DNA of 64,000 bases from Longimicrobiales bacterium (lineage in GTDB: Bacteria > Gemmatimonadota > Gemmatimonadetes > Longimicrobiales > RSA9): the NCBI GenBank assembly GCA_035764935.1, contig DASTYK010000089.1, positions 10,732-74,731 of the forward strand. The letters run 5' to 3'. Shown piece after piece: positions 31,603 through 41,862 of the stretch (its first letter is position 1; the number at the start of each line of letters is the position of its first letter). A program made the position numbers and the translations under genes. Under the pieces are notes generated by a model that ran no database searches, was not told the origin of the DNA, and was given only the letters and a program-made list of their open reading frames with translations.

Positions 31603-32813
31603 CGCTGGATCGCTTCCTCGAGACGCTCAGTCCTCATGACGCTTCGGTCGCGCTCGCCCTGCGGGAGCTGGTCCGCCGCGCGGACGGCACCGGCTGCCTG
31701 GAGCGCGGTGAGTGGATCGCGGCTGTACTGGCCGCCCATGCCAACCTGCCGGGTGCGCATCCGACCATCGCGGATTCCGCCGCGAGCGGCGACCTTCCCG
31801 ATCCCGGCGAGCTGGACCGGTACCTCGAGGAGCACGTCCTTGGGCGTCTCACGGCGGACGGACTCGCACTGGCGCAGCCCGCGACGGATGCATGGGAGCG
31901 GGTGTGCCTGCAGGGCGTCGCCCTCGACGCCCTCGCCGCCCGCGACGCGTGGGTCGAGCGACTGGACGGTGCGGTAAGGAACTTGCTCGAAGGCGACGGG
32001 CGCCAGTCCGGGGGGGGGCGGCCGATTGAGCCGCGCCACGTGGAGGACGGCAGCCGCCTCTCGGCCAGCGGGCTGGTCAAGATCTACCGCAAGCGGCGCG
32101 TCGTCGCGGACGTGGACGTGGAGGTGCGGCAGGGCGAGATCGTCGGGCTGCTGGGGCCGAACGGGGCGGGGAAGACGACGACGTTCTACATGATCGTCGG
32201 ACTGATCTCGCCGGACGGCGGGCAGGTGTTCCTGGACGACAGGGAGCTGACCAGGCTTCCGATGTACCGGCGCGCGCGCCTGGGGATCGGCTACCTTGCG
32301 CAGGAGCCCTCGATCTTCCGCCGGCTGACGGTGGAGGAGAACATCCTGGCGATTCTGGAGACGATGAAGCTGTCGCGCTCGCAGCGGAAGCAGCGGCTGG
32401 ACGGGCTGCTCGACGAGCTGGGGCTGCGGCACCTCCGGAAATCAAAGGCGTACTCGCTCTCGGGCGGAGAGCGTCGCAGGCTGGAGATCACGCGCGCGCT
32501 GGTCACGCAGCCGAAGTTCATGCTGCTGGACGAGCCGTTTGCGGGTGTCGACCCGATCGCGGTGCACGACATCCAGCAGATCGTCGCGGACCTGCGGCAT
32601 CGCGGGATCGGCGTGATCATCAGCGATCACAACGTCGAGCAGACGCTCGACATCGTGGATCGCGCCTACATCATGTATGACGGGCACGTCCGTGTCTCGG
32701 GCACGGTGCAGGAGCTGGTCTGGAACGACGAGGTGGCCGAGATCTATTTCGGCCCGACACTCACGGCGCGCATGCGCCAGCGATATCAACGTCCTGAAGT
32801 GGCAGCCGTATGA
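31599..32813 (+). CDS. lptB: LPS export ABC transporter ATP-binding protein LptB, as one ORF with a roughly 147-codon N-terminal extension
   Basis: From about codon 155: [12 protein letters not shown] (Walker A), [11 protein letters not shown] (signature) and [11 protein letters not shown] (Walker B). An alternative start, the GTG at 32040, gives a canonical 257-aa LptB. A G9 run at 32010-32018 separates the two parts. Confidence 0.85.
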   Translation: MTLDRFLETLSPHDASVALALRELVRRADGTGCLERGEWIAAVLAAHANLPGAHPTIADSAASGDLPDPGELDRYLEEHVLGRLTADGLALAQPATDAWERVCLQGVALDALAARDAWVERLDGAVRNLLEGDGRQSGGGRPIEPRHVEDGSRLSASGLVKIYRKRRVVADVDVEVRQGEIVGLLGPNGAGKTTTFYMIVGLISPDGGQVFLDDRELTRLPMYRRARLGIGYLAQEPSIFRRLTVEENILAILETMKLSRSQRKQRLDGLLDELGLRHLRKSKAYSLSGGERRRLEITRALVTQPKFMLLDEPFAGVDPIAVHDIQQIVADLRHRGIGVIISDHNVEQTLDIVDRAYIMYDGHVRVSGTVQELVWNDEVAEIYFGPTLTARMRQRYQRPEVAAV

Positions 32814-34279
32814 GCTCGATGAAGACTGGTCTCTACCAGGGGACACAGCTCAAGCAGGAGATGAAGATCAATCCACGCCTGTACCAGGCGATGGATCTCC
32901 TGTACATGCCGCTGCTCGACCTGCAGCAGCATATCAAGCAGGAAATGCTGAACAACCCCTTCCTCGACCTGGAGGAGCCGCAGGTCACGGAGGAGGAAAC
33001 GCAGGTCAAGGACGAGCAGAAGGAGCGCGAGAAGGAAAAGGAGCAGGAGGAGATCGACTGGGAGGAGATTCTCCTGGACGGTTTCGAGGCCGGCGGCCGG
33101 CGCGCGGAGTACGAGGACAAGGAGTACTACGAGCCGGTGCCGGTCGACACGCGGGACCTCTACGACCACCTGCGCGACCAGCTCATGCTGATGCCGCTGC
33201 CGCAGCGCGACATCCTGCTGGGCGAGGAGTTCATCGGCAACATCGACGAGAACGGCTACCTGACCTGTCCCGTGGAGGACGTGGTCACGGGGTTGAACAC
33301 GTGGGTGGCCGAGCACGGTGCCGCGTGGGAGCAGGACTCGGGCGAGCCGCTTCGGCCCTTCACGCTCGGTGAGGGCGAGAAGATGCTGAAGGTGATCCAG
33401 GACTTCGATCCGCCCGGCATCGGCGCCCGCGACCTGCGCGAGTGCCTGCTGCTGCAGATGCTGGACGAGGAGCTGGAGGACACGCTCGCCTACCGGATCG
33501 TGCACGACTATTTCGACCAGCTCATCAATCACCGCTGGTCGGAGATCTCCAAGGAGCTGTCGATCACGCCGCGCGACGTGCAGAGCGCCGCGGACGAGAT
33601 TGCCAAGCTGGACCCGAAGCCGGGGCTGAAGTACGCGGCGCCGGGCGACAACTACATCACGCCGGACCTGATCGTCGACAAGATCGACGGCGAGTACCTG
33701 GTCTTCCTGAACGACACGAGCCTGCCGCGCCTGAAGCTGTCACGGGCGTACCGCGAGATCGCCAGGGACAAATCCAAGTTCAAGGGCGAGAACAAGGAGT
33801 TCATCTCCAACAAGCTGAACTCCGCGAACTGGATGATCCAGGCGATCGAGCAGCGCCGCCAGACGATGCTGAAAGTTATGAACTTCATCGTCGACCGGCA
33901 GCGCGAGTTCTTCGAAAAGGGTGTGCAGTACCTGAAGCCGCTGACGCTGCGTGAAGTCGCCGAGGTCATCAACATGCACGAGTCGACGGTCTCGCGCGTG
34001 ACCAACGAGAAGTTCGTGCAGACGCCCCGCGGCGTGCTGCCGCTCAAGTTCTTCTTCTCGAGCGGCCTCTCGACGACATCGGGCGAGGACGTGAGCGCGC
34101 GCGGCATCAAGGCGAAGATCCAGAAGCTGGTCGACGAGGAGGAGCCGAAGAAGCCGCTGACCGACCAGGCGATCGTGAACATCCTGAAGCAGGAAGGCAT
34201 TCAGATCGCGCGTCGCACGGTCGCCAAGTACCGCGACCAGCTCGGCATCCTGTCGGCTCGCATGCGCAAGCGGGTGTGA
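32810..34279 (+). CDS. rpoN: RNA polymerase sigma-54 factor
   Basis: Region I ([18 protein letters not shown]), an acidic region II, and a C-terminal HTH and RpoN box ([14 protein letters not shown]). Sits in the conserved position after lptB. Confidence 0.95.
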   Translation: MSSMKTGLYQGTQLKQEMKINPRLYQAMDLLYMPLLDLQQHIKQEMLNNPFLDLEEPQVTEEETQVKDEQKEREKEKEQEEIDWEEILLDGFEAGGRRAEYEDKEYYEPVPVDTRDLYDHLRDQLMLMPLPQRDILLGEEFIGNIDENGYLTCPVEDVVTGLNTWVAEHGAAWEQDSGEPLRPFTLGEGEKMLKVIQDFDPPGIGARDLRECLLLQMLDEELEDTLAYRIVHDYFDQLINHRWSEISKELSITPRDVQSAADEIAKLDPKPGLKYAAPGDNYITPDLIVDKIDGEYLVFLNDTSLPRLKLSRAYREIARDKSKFKGENKEFISNKLNSANWMIQAIEQRRQTMLKVMNFIVDRQREFFEKGVQYLKPLTLREVAEVINMHESTVSRVTNEKFVQTPRGVLPLKFFFSSGLSTTSGEDVSARGIKAKIQKLVDEEEPKKPLTDQAIVNILKQEGIQIARRTVAKYRDQLGILSARMRKRV

Positions 34280-34287
34280 TTCATCCT

Positions 34288-34313
34288 GCGCCGCACCGCA
34301 CGTGGTGCGGCGC
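34288..34313 (+). terminator. Hairpin after rpoN (possible terminator)
   Basis: Perfect 10-bp stem GCGCCGCACC / GGTGCGGCGC with a 6-nt loop. The T tail is weak (TCGTTCATCC). Flanked by the direct repeat TTCATCC. Confidence 0.45.
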
Positions 34314-34330
34314 TCGTTCATCCCGGATCC

Positions 34331-35347
34331 ATGGCCACGACGCTGGGTGAGCAGACGACGGTGAAGCAGCCGCAGCTGTCGGAGCGGATGCGGCACGACT
34401 TCGCCATTGTCGTTCCCGCATACAACGAGGTGGAGAACGTCCCCGAGCTCGTGAGCGAGCTGCGGCAGACGTTCGAGCGGCACGGCCTCTCGGGCGAGGT
34501 GCTGCTGGTCGACGACGGCTCGACGGACGGCACGGGCGACCTTGCGCGGAGGGAAGCCGAGCACTGGCCGGCGCTGCGCGTGCTCTCGCACCGTCGCAAC
34601 TTCGGCAAGACAGAGGCGATGCTGACCGCCGCCGAGGCGACCACCAGGACGTGGCTGGTCCTGTTCGACGCCGACCTGCAGCACGGCACGGAGGAGATCC
34701 CGCGGTTCCTGGCGAAGGCAGAGGAGGGGTGGGACATCGTGTGCGGCCGCAAGGTCGGGCGCTACGAGAAGGCGGCCGTCTCGAGCATCTACAACCGGCT
34801 GAGCCGCGCGGTCTTCGACATCCCGGTCAGCGACACGAACTCGATGAAGGCGTTCCGCCGCGAGATTCTGGAGGAGGTGCGGCTGCGCCACGACTGGCAC
34901 CGCTTCTTCGTGGTGCTCGCGTACGCGCGCGGCTACTCGGCCACCGAGATCGACATCGAGCTGCTGCCGCGCCGGCATGGTGTCGCGAAGTACTCGGGTC
35001 GAGGCCGCATCCTGGTCGGTGTCCTCGACCTGGTATCCGTGGCGTTCTTCCTGTTCTTCTCCCGCAAGCCGCTCATCCTGTTCGGTGCGAGCGGTCTCAT
35101 CATGGCCGCGCTCGGCATCCTGGTCGGGCTCGTGACCATCGTGCTGCGCATCGGGCACTGGATGCCGCCCTTCGGCTTCCGGCCGCTGCTGTACCTCGTG
35201 ATCCTGCTCGAGGTGCTCGGCTTCCTGCTGGTCGGCTTCGGCTTTGTCGCGGAGCTGGTCGCGCAGCAGCAGGCGGAGCTGGACGCGCTGCAACGGAAGC
35301 TGTCACGCGCACTGCGCGGTGAACACAGCGACGACGGCCGGGCGTGA
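34331..35347 (+). CDS. Family 2 glycosyltransferase with C-terminal TM helices (polyprenyl-phosphate glycosyltransferase, GtrB/DPM1-like)
   Basis: Carries the motifs VVPAYNEVENV, VDDGSTDGT and DADLQH. The C-terminal region has two or more hydrophobic helices. Confidence 0.8.
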   Translation: MATTLGEQTTVKQPQLSERMRHDFAIVVPAYNEVENVPELVSELRQTFERHGLSGEVLLVDDGSTDGTGDLARREAEHWPALRVLSHRRNFGKTEAMLTAAEATTRTWLVLFDADLQHGTEEIPRFLAKAEEGWDIVCGRKVGRYEKAAVSSIYNRLSRAVFDIPVSDTNSMKAFRREILEEVRLRHDWHRFFVVLAYARGYSATEIDIELLPRRHGVAKYSGRGRILVGVLDLVSVAFFLFFSRKPLILFGASGLIMAALGILVGLVTIVLRIGHWMPPFGFRPLLYLVILLEVLGFLLVGFGFVAELVAQQQAELDALQRKLSRALRGEHSDDGRA

Positions 35348-36513
35348 GCAGAAAGCAGCGGAAGCCGCGTGTGCTCGTGGTCGCCGGGACGCGTCCCGAG
35401 GCGATCAAGCTTGCGCCCGTGATGGAGGCGCTCGTCGCACGCGACGAGGTGGAGACGCGTCTCGCGCTCACGGGCCAGCACACGGACCTCGTCGACCAGG
35501 TGCTGGAGGTCTTCGGTCTCGAGCCGAGCTGGGACCTCGGCATCATGCGCGAGGGGCAGTCGCTCTACGACGTCGCCGCAGGCTGTCTCACCGAGCTGCG
35601 CGCCGTGTATGCGGAGTACGAGCCGAACCTGGTGCTCGTCCAGGGCGACACGGCGAGCGTGTTCTTCGGCTCGCTCACCGGCTTCTTCGAGAAGACCCGG
35701 GTCGGTCATGTCGAAGCGGGACTGCGCAGCCATGACAAGTGGCGGCCGTACCCCGAGGAGGTGCTGCGTCGGCTGACCAGTGTCGTCGCCGACATGCACT
35801 TCGCGCCGACGCCACTCGCCCGCGAGAACCTGCTCGCGGAGGGCGTTCCCGACGACATCGTGTACGTCACCGGCAACACCGTTGTCGACGCACTCGGCCG
35901 CATTGCCGCGCGCGAGCGGCCGGTGCGCGATCCTGTGCTGCGCAACGTGCTCGCGGACCGCCGGCGGCTGGTGCTGCTGACCGCGCACCGGCGCGAGTCC
36001 TTCGGAGCACCACTGCGCGAGGCGTTCGACGCCGTGCGCGACGTGGCGGACGCGCACGAGGACATCGTCGTCGTGTACCCGGTGCACCCGAACCCGCAGG
36101 TGAAAGCGACCGCCGAGGCGACGCTCGCAGGTCACCCGCGTGTCCGGCTCGTACCGCCGCTCGACTACTTCGACCTGATCCAGGCACTGCGCGCGTCCAC
36201 GCTCGTGATCACCGATTCGGGCGGAATCCAGGAGGAAGCGCCCAGCTTCGAGACGCCCGTGCTGGTGCTGCGTGAGGTCACGGAGCGGCCCGAGGGCGTG
36301 AACGCGGGCGTGGCGGAGCTGGTCGGCACCGACGGTGACGCCATCCGCACCCGTGCCGCCGCGCTCCTCGCCGACCCGGGCGTCGCCGAGCGGCTGCGGA
36401 CGGTGGGGAACCCGTACGGCGACGGACGGGCTGGCCAGCGCATCGCCGACATCGTCGTGCACCGGCTGACCGGCGCGGAGCGACGCACCAGCGACTGGAA
36501 CCCGGCCGCATGA
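35344..36513 (+). CDS. wecB: UDP-N-acetylglucosamine 2-epimerase (non-hydrolysing)
   Basis: VVAGTRPEAIKLAPV, VQGDTASV and DSGGIQEEAP motifs. Confidence 0.9.
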   Translation: MSRKQRKPRVLVVAGTRPEAIKLAPVMEALVARDEVETRLALTGQHTDLVDQVLEVFGLEPSWDLGIMREGQSLYDVAAGCLTELRAVYAEYEPNLVLVQGDTASVFFGSLTGFFEKTRVGHVEAGLRSHDKWRPYPEEVLRRLTSVVADMHFAPTPLARENLLAEGVPDDIVYVTGNTVVDALGRIAARERPVRDPVLRNVLADRRRLVLLTAHRRESFGAPLREAFDAVRDVADAHEDIVVVYPVHPNPQVKATAEATLAGHPRVRLVPPLDYFDLIQALRASTLVITDSGGIQEEAPSFETPVLVLREVTERPEGVNAGVAELVGTDGDAIRTRAAALLADPGVAERLRTVGNPYGDGRAGQRIADIVVHRLTGAERRTSDWNPAA

Positions 36514-37619
36514 AGGTCCTGCAGCAGTGCATCTACTTTCCACCCGAGGTCGGAGGGCTGGAAAGTCACGCCTGGTATCTCTGTCGCGAGCTGGTGCGCA
36601 TGGGCGACGATGTCACCATGGTGACGTCGCTGTCGCAGCCGGGGCTGAAGAGGGACGAGGTGAGGGAGGGCGTGCGCGTGGTGCGGCGCTGGATGCCCGG
36701 GCGCACGCCGGCCGGGTGGATCGCCCACACGAGCGCGACGTTTCCCGCCTACCTGCGCCTGGCACGCCACGCGGACGTCCTGCACGCGCAGACCTTCGCG
36801 TCCGCGCCGCCGGGCATGCTCGCGAAGCGGCTCTATGGTCACCCCCTCGTGCTCACGCTCCATACGTCGCATTTTCTCCGGCTGGCGGGACAGCCGCGCT
36901 GGCAGCCCGTGCTCCGCGGGATCATCCGCGCCGCGGACTGGCTGCTCGCCGCGAGTACGGAGATCCGCGACGTCGCACTCGGGCTGTACGAGCATCCGCG
37001 CGCGGAGGCGCTCACGAACGGCGTCGACACCACGATGTTCGCGCCCGGTCCTGCAGCGCCTGTGCCGGCCGGGCGACGACGCCTGATCGTGCCGCGCCGG
37101 CTGTTCGAGAAGAATGGCGTCGAATACTTCATCCGTGCGCTGCCGCTCGTGCGCGAGCGGCTGGACGTGGAGGCGGTGCTCGTGGGCGACGGGCCGGAAC
37201 GAGCGAAGCTGGAGGCGCTCACGCAGTCGCTCGGCGTCAGGGAAGTCGTCACGTTCCTCGGTGCGCGCCCGAACACGGAGCTGCCCGGGCTGCTCGCGTC
37301 AGCGGAGGTGGCGGTGTTCCCGTCGCTCATGGAGGCGACCAGCGTGGCGGCGCTCGAGGCGATGAGCTGCGGTGTGCCGGTCGCCGCGTCACGCGTGGGC
37401 GGGCTTCCGGAGATCGTGGACGAGAGCGTCGGGACGCTGTTCGAGCCGGCCAACCCGCAGGACCTGGCGGCGCGGCTCGTCGCATTGCTGCAGAGCGGGG
37501 AGCTGGAGGAGCGTGGCCGGCGCGCGCGTGAGCGCGTGGTCGCGAACTGGAGCGTGCGGCGGCTGGCGGAGCGACATCGCGAGATCTATCAGACCCTGCT
37601 GGACGAGAGACGGACGTGA
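36510..37619 (+). CDS. Family 4 (GT-B) glycosyltransferase
   Basis: Carries the typical GT4 C-terminal motif PSLMEATSVAALEAMSCGVPVAASRVGGLPEIV. Confidence 0.85.
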   Translation: MKVLQQCIYFPPEVGGLESHAWYLCRELVRMGDDVTMVTSLSQPGLKRDEVREGVRVVRRWMPGRTPAGWIAHTSATFPAYLRLARHADVLHAQTFASAPPGMLAKRLYGHPLVLTLHTSHFLRLAGQPRWQPVLRGIIRAADWLLAASTEIRDVALGLYEHPRAEALTNGVDTTMFAPGPAAPVPAGRRRLIVPRRLFEKNGVEYFIRALPLVRERLDVEAVLVGDGPERAKLEALTQSLGVREVVTFLGARPNTELPGLLASAEVAVFPSLMEATSVAALEAMSCGVPVAASRVGGLPEIVDESVGTLFEPANPQDLAARLVALLQSGELEERGRRARERVVANWSVRRLAERHREIYQTLLDERRT

Positions 37620-40126
37620 ACGCAACGAAGGCCCGTACGGCGAAAAGAGCGACGGCGCCCGCATCCGCAGTGGAGCGCGTGCCGGCATGGGCGCCGCCCG
37701 TGCTCTACGCGCTCGCTACGCTGCTGCTGTTCCGCGAGGCCGTCTTCACGGGTGCCGGGATCCTCGGCATCGACACGATGGCGTTGAGCTACTTCGCACG
37801 CGACTTCTACACGGACGTCGTGAGGAGCGGCACGTTCCCGCTGTGGAATCCGCTGATCCTGGGCGGGCTGCCCTTCGTCGAGGGGATGCACGGCGACATC
37901 TTCTACCCGTTCTCGCTCGCGTTCTTCTTTCTCGACCCGCTGCACTTCTGGACCGTGAAGATGGCCGGCCACGTATTCCTGGCCGGTGTGTTCACGTACC
38001 TGTGGCTGCGCCGCGGGCTGGACGTGCGGCGCGGGCCCGCCATGTTCGGCGGCCTGGTCTTCATGATGGGCGCGGACCTGGTCAGCCTCGTCTACCCGGG
38101 CGGCGACGGGAAGCTGTTCGTATCTGCGCTCGCACCCCTCGTCTTCCTGCTGGCCGAGCGGTGCATGCGACACCGCCGCGTGAGTGACTTCGCGTTCTTC
38201 GCGCTCGGCATCGCGCTCGTGATGTTCACGTCGCACATGCAGCTCGCCTACTTCACCGTCTGGGGCGTGTCGTTGTACATGGTGTTCCGGGCGGTGCAGA
38301 TCGGCCGGGTGGAGGGTGCAGGGAAGGGCGCCGCGCTGTTCGGCGCCTTCGCGCTGGTCGGCGTGCTGGGCGTCGCCGCCGCGGCCGTGCAGTTCCTGCC
38401 GCCGCTCCAGTACCTGCAGGAGTGGTCGCAGCGCGCGGACCGGACAGCGTCCGAGACCGGCGACGCGTATGAGTACGCGACCTCCTTCTCGCTGCACCCC
38501 GAGGAGATCATGTCCCTCGTGGTGCCGGAGTTCGTCGGCGACAACGCGCAGACGGAGACGCGCAGCGGCAACACGTACTGGGGCCGCAACCCGATGAAGC
38601 TGAACCACGAGTACGCCGGCTTCATCCCGCTGCTGCTCGCGCCCATCCTGTTCCTGCGCAGGCGTGACGCGCGCGCATGGTTCTTCGCCGGCCTGGCACT
38701 GCTTTCCCTGGTGTATGCGCTCGGCGCCAATACGCCGTTGTTCCGGCTGTTCTACCTGCTGCCGGGCGTGTCGCTCTTCCGCGCACCGTCGCTGATCATC
38801 TTCCTGTACGGCCTGAGCGTCGCAACACTCGGCGCGCTCGCGTTGCAGCGCATGCTCGACTGGGCACACGGTTCGGTCGACGAACAGCGGGCGGTGACGA
38901 AGTACCTGCTGATCGCGACGGCCGCCTTCGGGTTGCTTGCACTGGTCGAGTTCGCCGGCGGGGTCACGTCGCTCTGGCGTGCACTACTCTACAGCGACCT
39001 CGCACCGCCACGGCTGCAGGCGCTCGCTGCCAACGCCGACAACATCCAGCTCGGCTTCTGGCTGACGTTCCTGTTCGCCGCCATCGTAACCGGGCTCTGG
39101 TACGGCCTGTCCCGCAAGCTGTACGGCCCCGTGCTCGCGCTCTGGCTGCTGGTCGGTGTCGCCGCACTCGACGAGTACCGTGTCGGCCGGCCCTTCATCC
39201 GCGCCACGGTGCTGCTGAACCGCTTCGCGATGGATCCCGTCATGCTGCAACCGGACGAGTCGATCCGCTTCCTGCAGCAGCGCCAGGCCGCCGGTGAGGT
39301 CTTCCGCGTGCACGACCTCGGCTACGCCCTCGGCCAGGCGACATACGGCAGCAACATCCTCGCGATCCACGGCATCGAACAGGTCGGCGGGCATCACGGC
39401 AACGAGATGCGCTACTACGACCGGTTGATCGGCAGGCAGGACCAGGTGCCCAACGCCGTCCGCATCCTGCAGACGCCAGAGGGAGCCCAGGTCGAGGACT
39501 TCAGCCTGCTGCAACGCACCAATGCGGAGTACGTGGTCACGCCCGGACGCATCCAGCACCCGATGCTCGAGGAGGTGTTCGTCGGTTCGCGCAGCGCCGT
39601 GTACCGGTTGCAGGGTGTGCTGCCGCGCGCGTTCCTGGTGGGCAATGCCGAGGTCGTCTCCGATGATGTCGCGCTGGAGCGAATGCTCGACCCGGCGTTC
39701 GACGTCACCGGCACCGCGCTGCTTGCCACGCCGCTCGCGTCGGCGCAGTCGGGCGCCGGGGCGGTGCAGGGCAGCGTGGAGATCGCCGGGCGCGGACTGG
39801 ACGAGATGACCCTGCGCGTGCAGACCGACGCGCCCGCCGTGCTGGTCGTGCTCGACAACTACTTTCCGGCATGGCATGCATGGGTCGACGGGGAGGAGGT
39901 TCAGGTGGTGCGAGCGAACCTGGCGTTCCGCGCACTGCCGGTCCCTGCAGGCGAGCACACCGTCACCATGCGCTACGTGCCGGAGTCGCTGCACGCCGGT
40001 GTAATGACCTCGGTCGGGTTGATCCTGCTGCTCACCGTCGTCGGTGTGGGTGGACTGGTGCTGGCCCGACGCCGCGACGGACGCGCTGCCCACAGCGTCG
40101 CTGATGCCGCGACTGCCGCGGACTGA
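37616..40126 (+). CDS. Large polytopic membrane protein, YfhO-like/GT-C-like putative glycosyltransferase
   Basis: 836 aa with at least 10 predicted TM helices. Carries FPLWNPLILGGLPFVEGMHGDIFYP near the N-terminus, a large soluble C-terminal domain and a final TM helix. Confidence 0.45.
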   Translation: MNATKARTAKRATAPASAVERVPAWAPPVLYALATLLLFREAVFTGAGILGIDTMALSYFARDFYTDVVRSGTFPLWNPLILGGLPFVEGMHGDIFYPFSLAFFFLDPLHFWTVKMAGHVFLAGVFTYLWLRRGLDVRRGPAMFGGLVFMMGADLVSLVYPGGDGKLFVSALAPLVFLLAERCMRHRRVSDFAFFALGIALVMFTSHMQLAYFTVWGVSLYMVFRAVQIGRVEGAGKGAALFGAFALVGVLGVAAAAVQFLPPLQYLQEWSQRADRTASETGDAYEYATSFSLHPEEIMSLVVPEFVGDNAQTETRSGNTYWGRNPMKLNHEYAGFIPLLLAPILFLRRRDARAWFFAGLALLSLVYALGANTPLFRLFYLLPGVSLFRAPSLIIFLYGLSVATLGALALQRMLDWAHGSVDEQRAVTKYLLIATAAFGLLALVEFAGGVTSLWRALLYSDLAPPRLQALAANADNIQLGFWLTFLFAAIVTGLWYGLSRKLYGPVLALWLLVGVAALDEYRVGRPFIRATVLLNRFAMDPVMLQPDESIRFLQQRQAAGEVFRVHDLGYALGQATYGSNILAIHGIEQVGGHHGNEMRYYDRLIGRQDQVPNAVRILQTPEGAQVEDFSLLQRTNAEYVVTPGRIQHPMLEEVFVGSRSAVYRLQGVLPRAFLVGNAEVVSDDVALERMLDPAFDVTGTALLATPLASAQSGAGAVQGSVEIAGRGLDEMTLRVQTDAPAVLVVLDNYFPAWHAWVDGEEVQVVRANLAFRALPVPAGEHTVTMRYVPESLHAGVMTSVGLILLLTVVGVGGLVLARRRDGRAAHSVADAATAAD

Positions 40127-40132
40127 GCGCAG

Positions 40133-40831
40133 ATGAGCGGACGAACCGCGTACGACGTCGCCGGCCACTACGACGCCGGCTACTACCAGGACCTCGCGGC
40201 ACGCTACCGCACACGCAACCGGTTCGCACGACAGCGTATCGCCAACGTGCTGTCGCTGCTGCCGCCACTGGACGGCCGCGTGCTGGTCGACATCGGGTGC
40301 GGCATGGGCACCTTCACGGTGGAAGCGGCACGGCGCGGGGCGCGCGCGCTCGGCGTGGACTTCGCACCGGAAGCACTGCCGGCGGCCGCGGCCGTCGCGC
40401 GCGCGGAGGGTGCGGAGCAGGCGTGGTTCACGCGCGCCGACGCCGTGCGCATGCCGCTCCGCGACCAGAGCGCCGACGTGGTCGTTGCGGCCGACATCAC
40501 CGAGCATCTCGATGATGCGACGCTGCGCGGCGTGCTCGGCGACGTGCGGCGCGTGCTGCGCAGTGGCGGCTCGCTCGTCGTATACACGCCGGAGAACAGT
40601 CACATCTTCGAACGACTGCGTGACGCCGGCGTGATGAAGCAGGATCCGTCGCACATCGGTGTGCGCAGCGCACAGCAGCTTGCGGACGAAGTGCGCGCGG
40701 CCGGGCTCGCCGTGGTCGACGTGCGCTGGCTCCCGTCGCACCTGCCGGTCCTCAACCTGCTCGAGCGCGGGCTCGCGCGCTGGGTGCCGCTGCTCCGTCG
40801 CCGGATCGGAATCGTGGCGCGCAAATCATGA
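40133..40831 (+). CDS. Class I SAM-dependent methyltransferase
   Basis: Carries the SAM-binding motif I, VLVDIGCGMGTF, with an acidic loop and motif II downstream. Confidence 0.8.
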   Translation: MSGRTAYDVAGHYDAGYYQDLAARYRTRNRFARQRIANVLSLLPPLDGRVLVDIGCGMGTFTVEAARRGARALGVDFAPEALPAAAAVARAEGAEQAWFTRADAVRMPLRDQSADVVVAADITEHLDDATLRGVLGDVRRVLRSGGSLVVYTPENSHIFERLRDAGVMKQDPSHIGVRSAQQLADEVRAAGLAVVDVRWLPSHLPVLNLLERGLARWVPLLRRRIGIVARKS

Positions 40832-41862
40832 GCGACGGGACGCGGGAAGTCGGCGCGGGGCGCGCACATCGGCCGCGTCTCCTGATGCGCTTTCTGCAGC
40901 TCGCCGTGCTCGTGCTGATCGCCTGGCTGGTTTGGCGCAGCCTGGCGCCGGAGCTCGCGCGGGTCACCCTGGAGGACTTCCTGCAGTGGCGCCCTGCGCT
41001 CACGCCGCTGCTGCTGTCGTTCCTGCTGCTGCTCGGGATGTACTCCGCACACGCGCTGCTCTGGAGACGCATCACCACCGACCTGCACGCACCGCGGGCT
41101 TCGCTGCGCACGATCTTTCGCGTCTACTTTCTCGCCAGCCTCGGGCGCTACGTGCCGGGGAAGGTCTGGCAGCTCGCCGGGCTGGCCGTGCTCGCGCAGC
41201 GTGCGGGGTTGCCCGCCGGTACGTCCATGGCGGCCGCCGTATTCGCACAGTTCGCCTTTCTGACTACCGGCCTGCTCCTGCTCGCCGTGCTGCTGCCCGG
41301 ATACGCCGAGTTCTGGCCGGCCGTGATCGCCGCGGGCCTGATCGCCGCCGGCGCTCTCGGTGGGTACCTGGTGGTGGCCACCCCGCTCGGGCACCGCGCG
41401 CGTGAAGCCGTGCTGCGGCGCGCGGGGCCCGGACGCGCCAGGCTGGAGACAGCGTTCTCGATCGCCGATCGCGTGCGCGTGTCGGACGCGGTGCGCTGGG
41501 AGCTCCTGTACGCGCTGACGTGGCTCGTGCTGGGCGGCGCGTTTGGGCTGTTCGTCGGTGCGTTCGTACCGGCAGCATCATCCCCGGCCGATGCCCGCTT
41601 TCATGCGGGCGTCGTGGCGGCGAGCTACCTCGCCGGGTACGTCGTGATGATCATGCCCGCGGGCGCAGGGGTACGTGAGCTGACCATGTCCGCGCTGCTG
41701 GCACAGCACCCGGCGATTCCCGCGAGCGCGGCGGTGCTCATTTCCGTCGCGTCCCGGGTATGGTTCACCGCGGCAGAGCTGCTGCCGCTCGCACTGGTGC
41801 CGGTGCTGCCGGACGGAGACCAGCACCGGCAGATCGAATCCGACGCCGTGAGGACCCGTTGA
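40828..41862 (+). CDS. Flippase-like membrane protein (lysyl-PG synthase TM-region / UPF0104 family)
   Basis: 344 aa and polytopic. The segment LGRYVPGKVWQLAGLAVLAQRAG resembles the UPF0104 signature. This family is commonly found next to Ppm1-type GT2 genes. Confidence 0.5.
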   Translation: MSDGTREVGAGRAHRPRLLMRFLQLAVLVLIAWLVWRSLAPELARVTLEDFLQWRPALTPLLLSFLLLLGMYSAHALLWRRITTDLHAPRASLRTIFRVYFLASLGRYVPGKVWQLAGLAVLAQRAGLPAGTSMAAAVFAQFAFLTTGLLLLAVLLPGYAEFWPAVIAAGLIAAGALGGYLVVATPLGHRAREAVLRRAGPGRARLETAFSIADRVRVSDAVRWELLYALTWLVLGGAFGLFVGAFVPAASSPADARFHAGVVAASYLAGYVVMIMPAGAGVRELTMSALLAQHPAIPASAAVLISVASRVWFTAAELLPLALVPVLPDGDQHRQIESDAVRTR

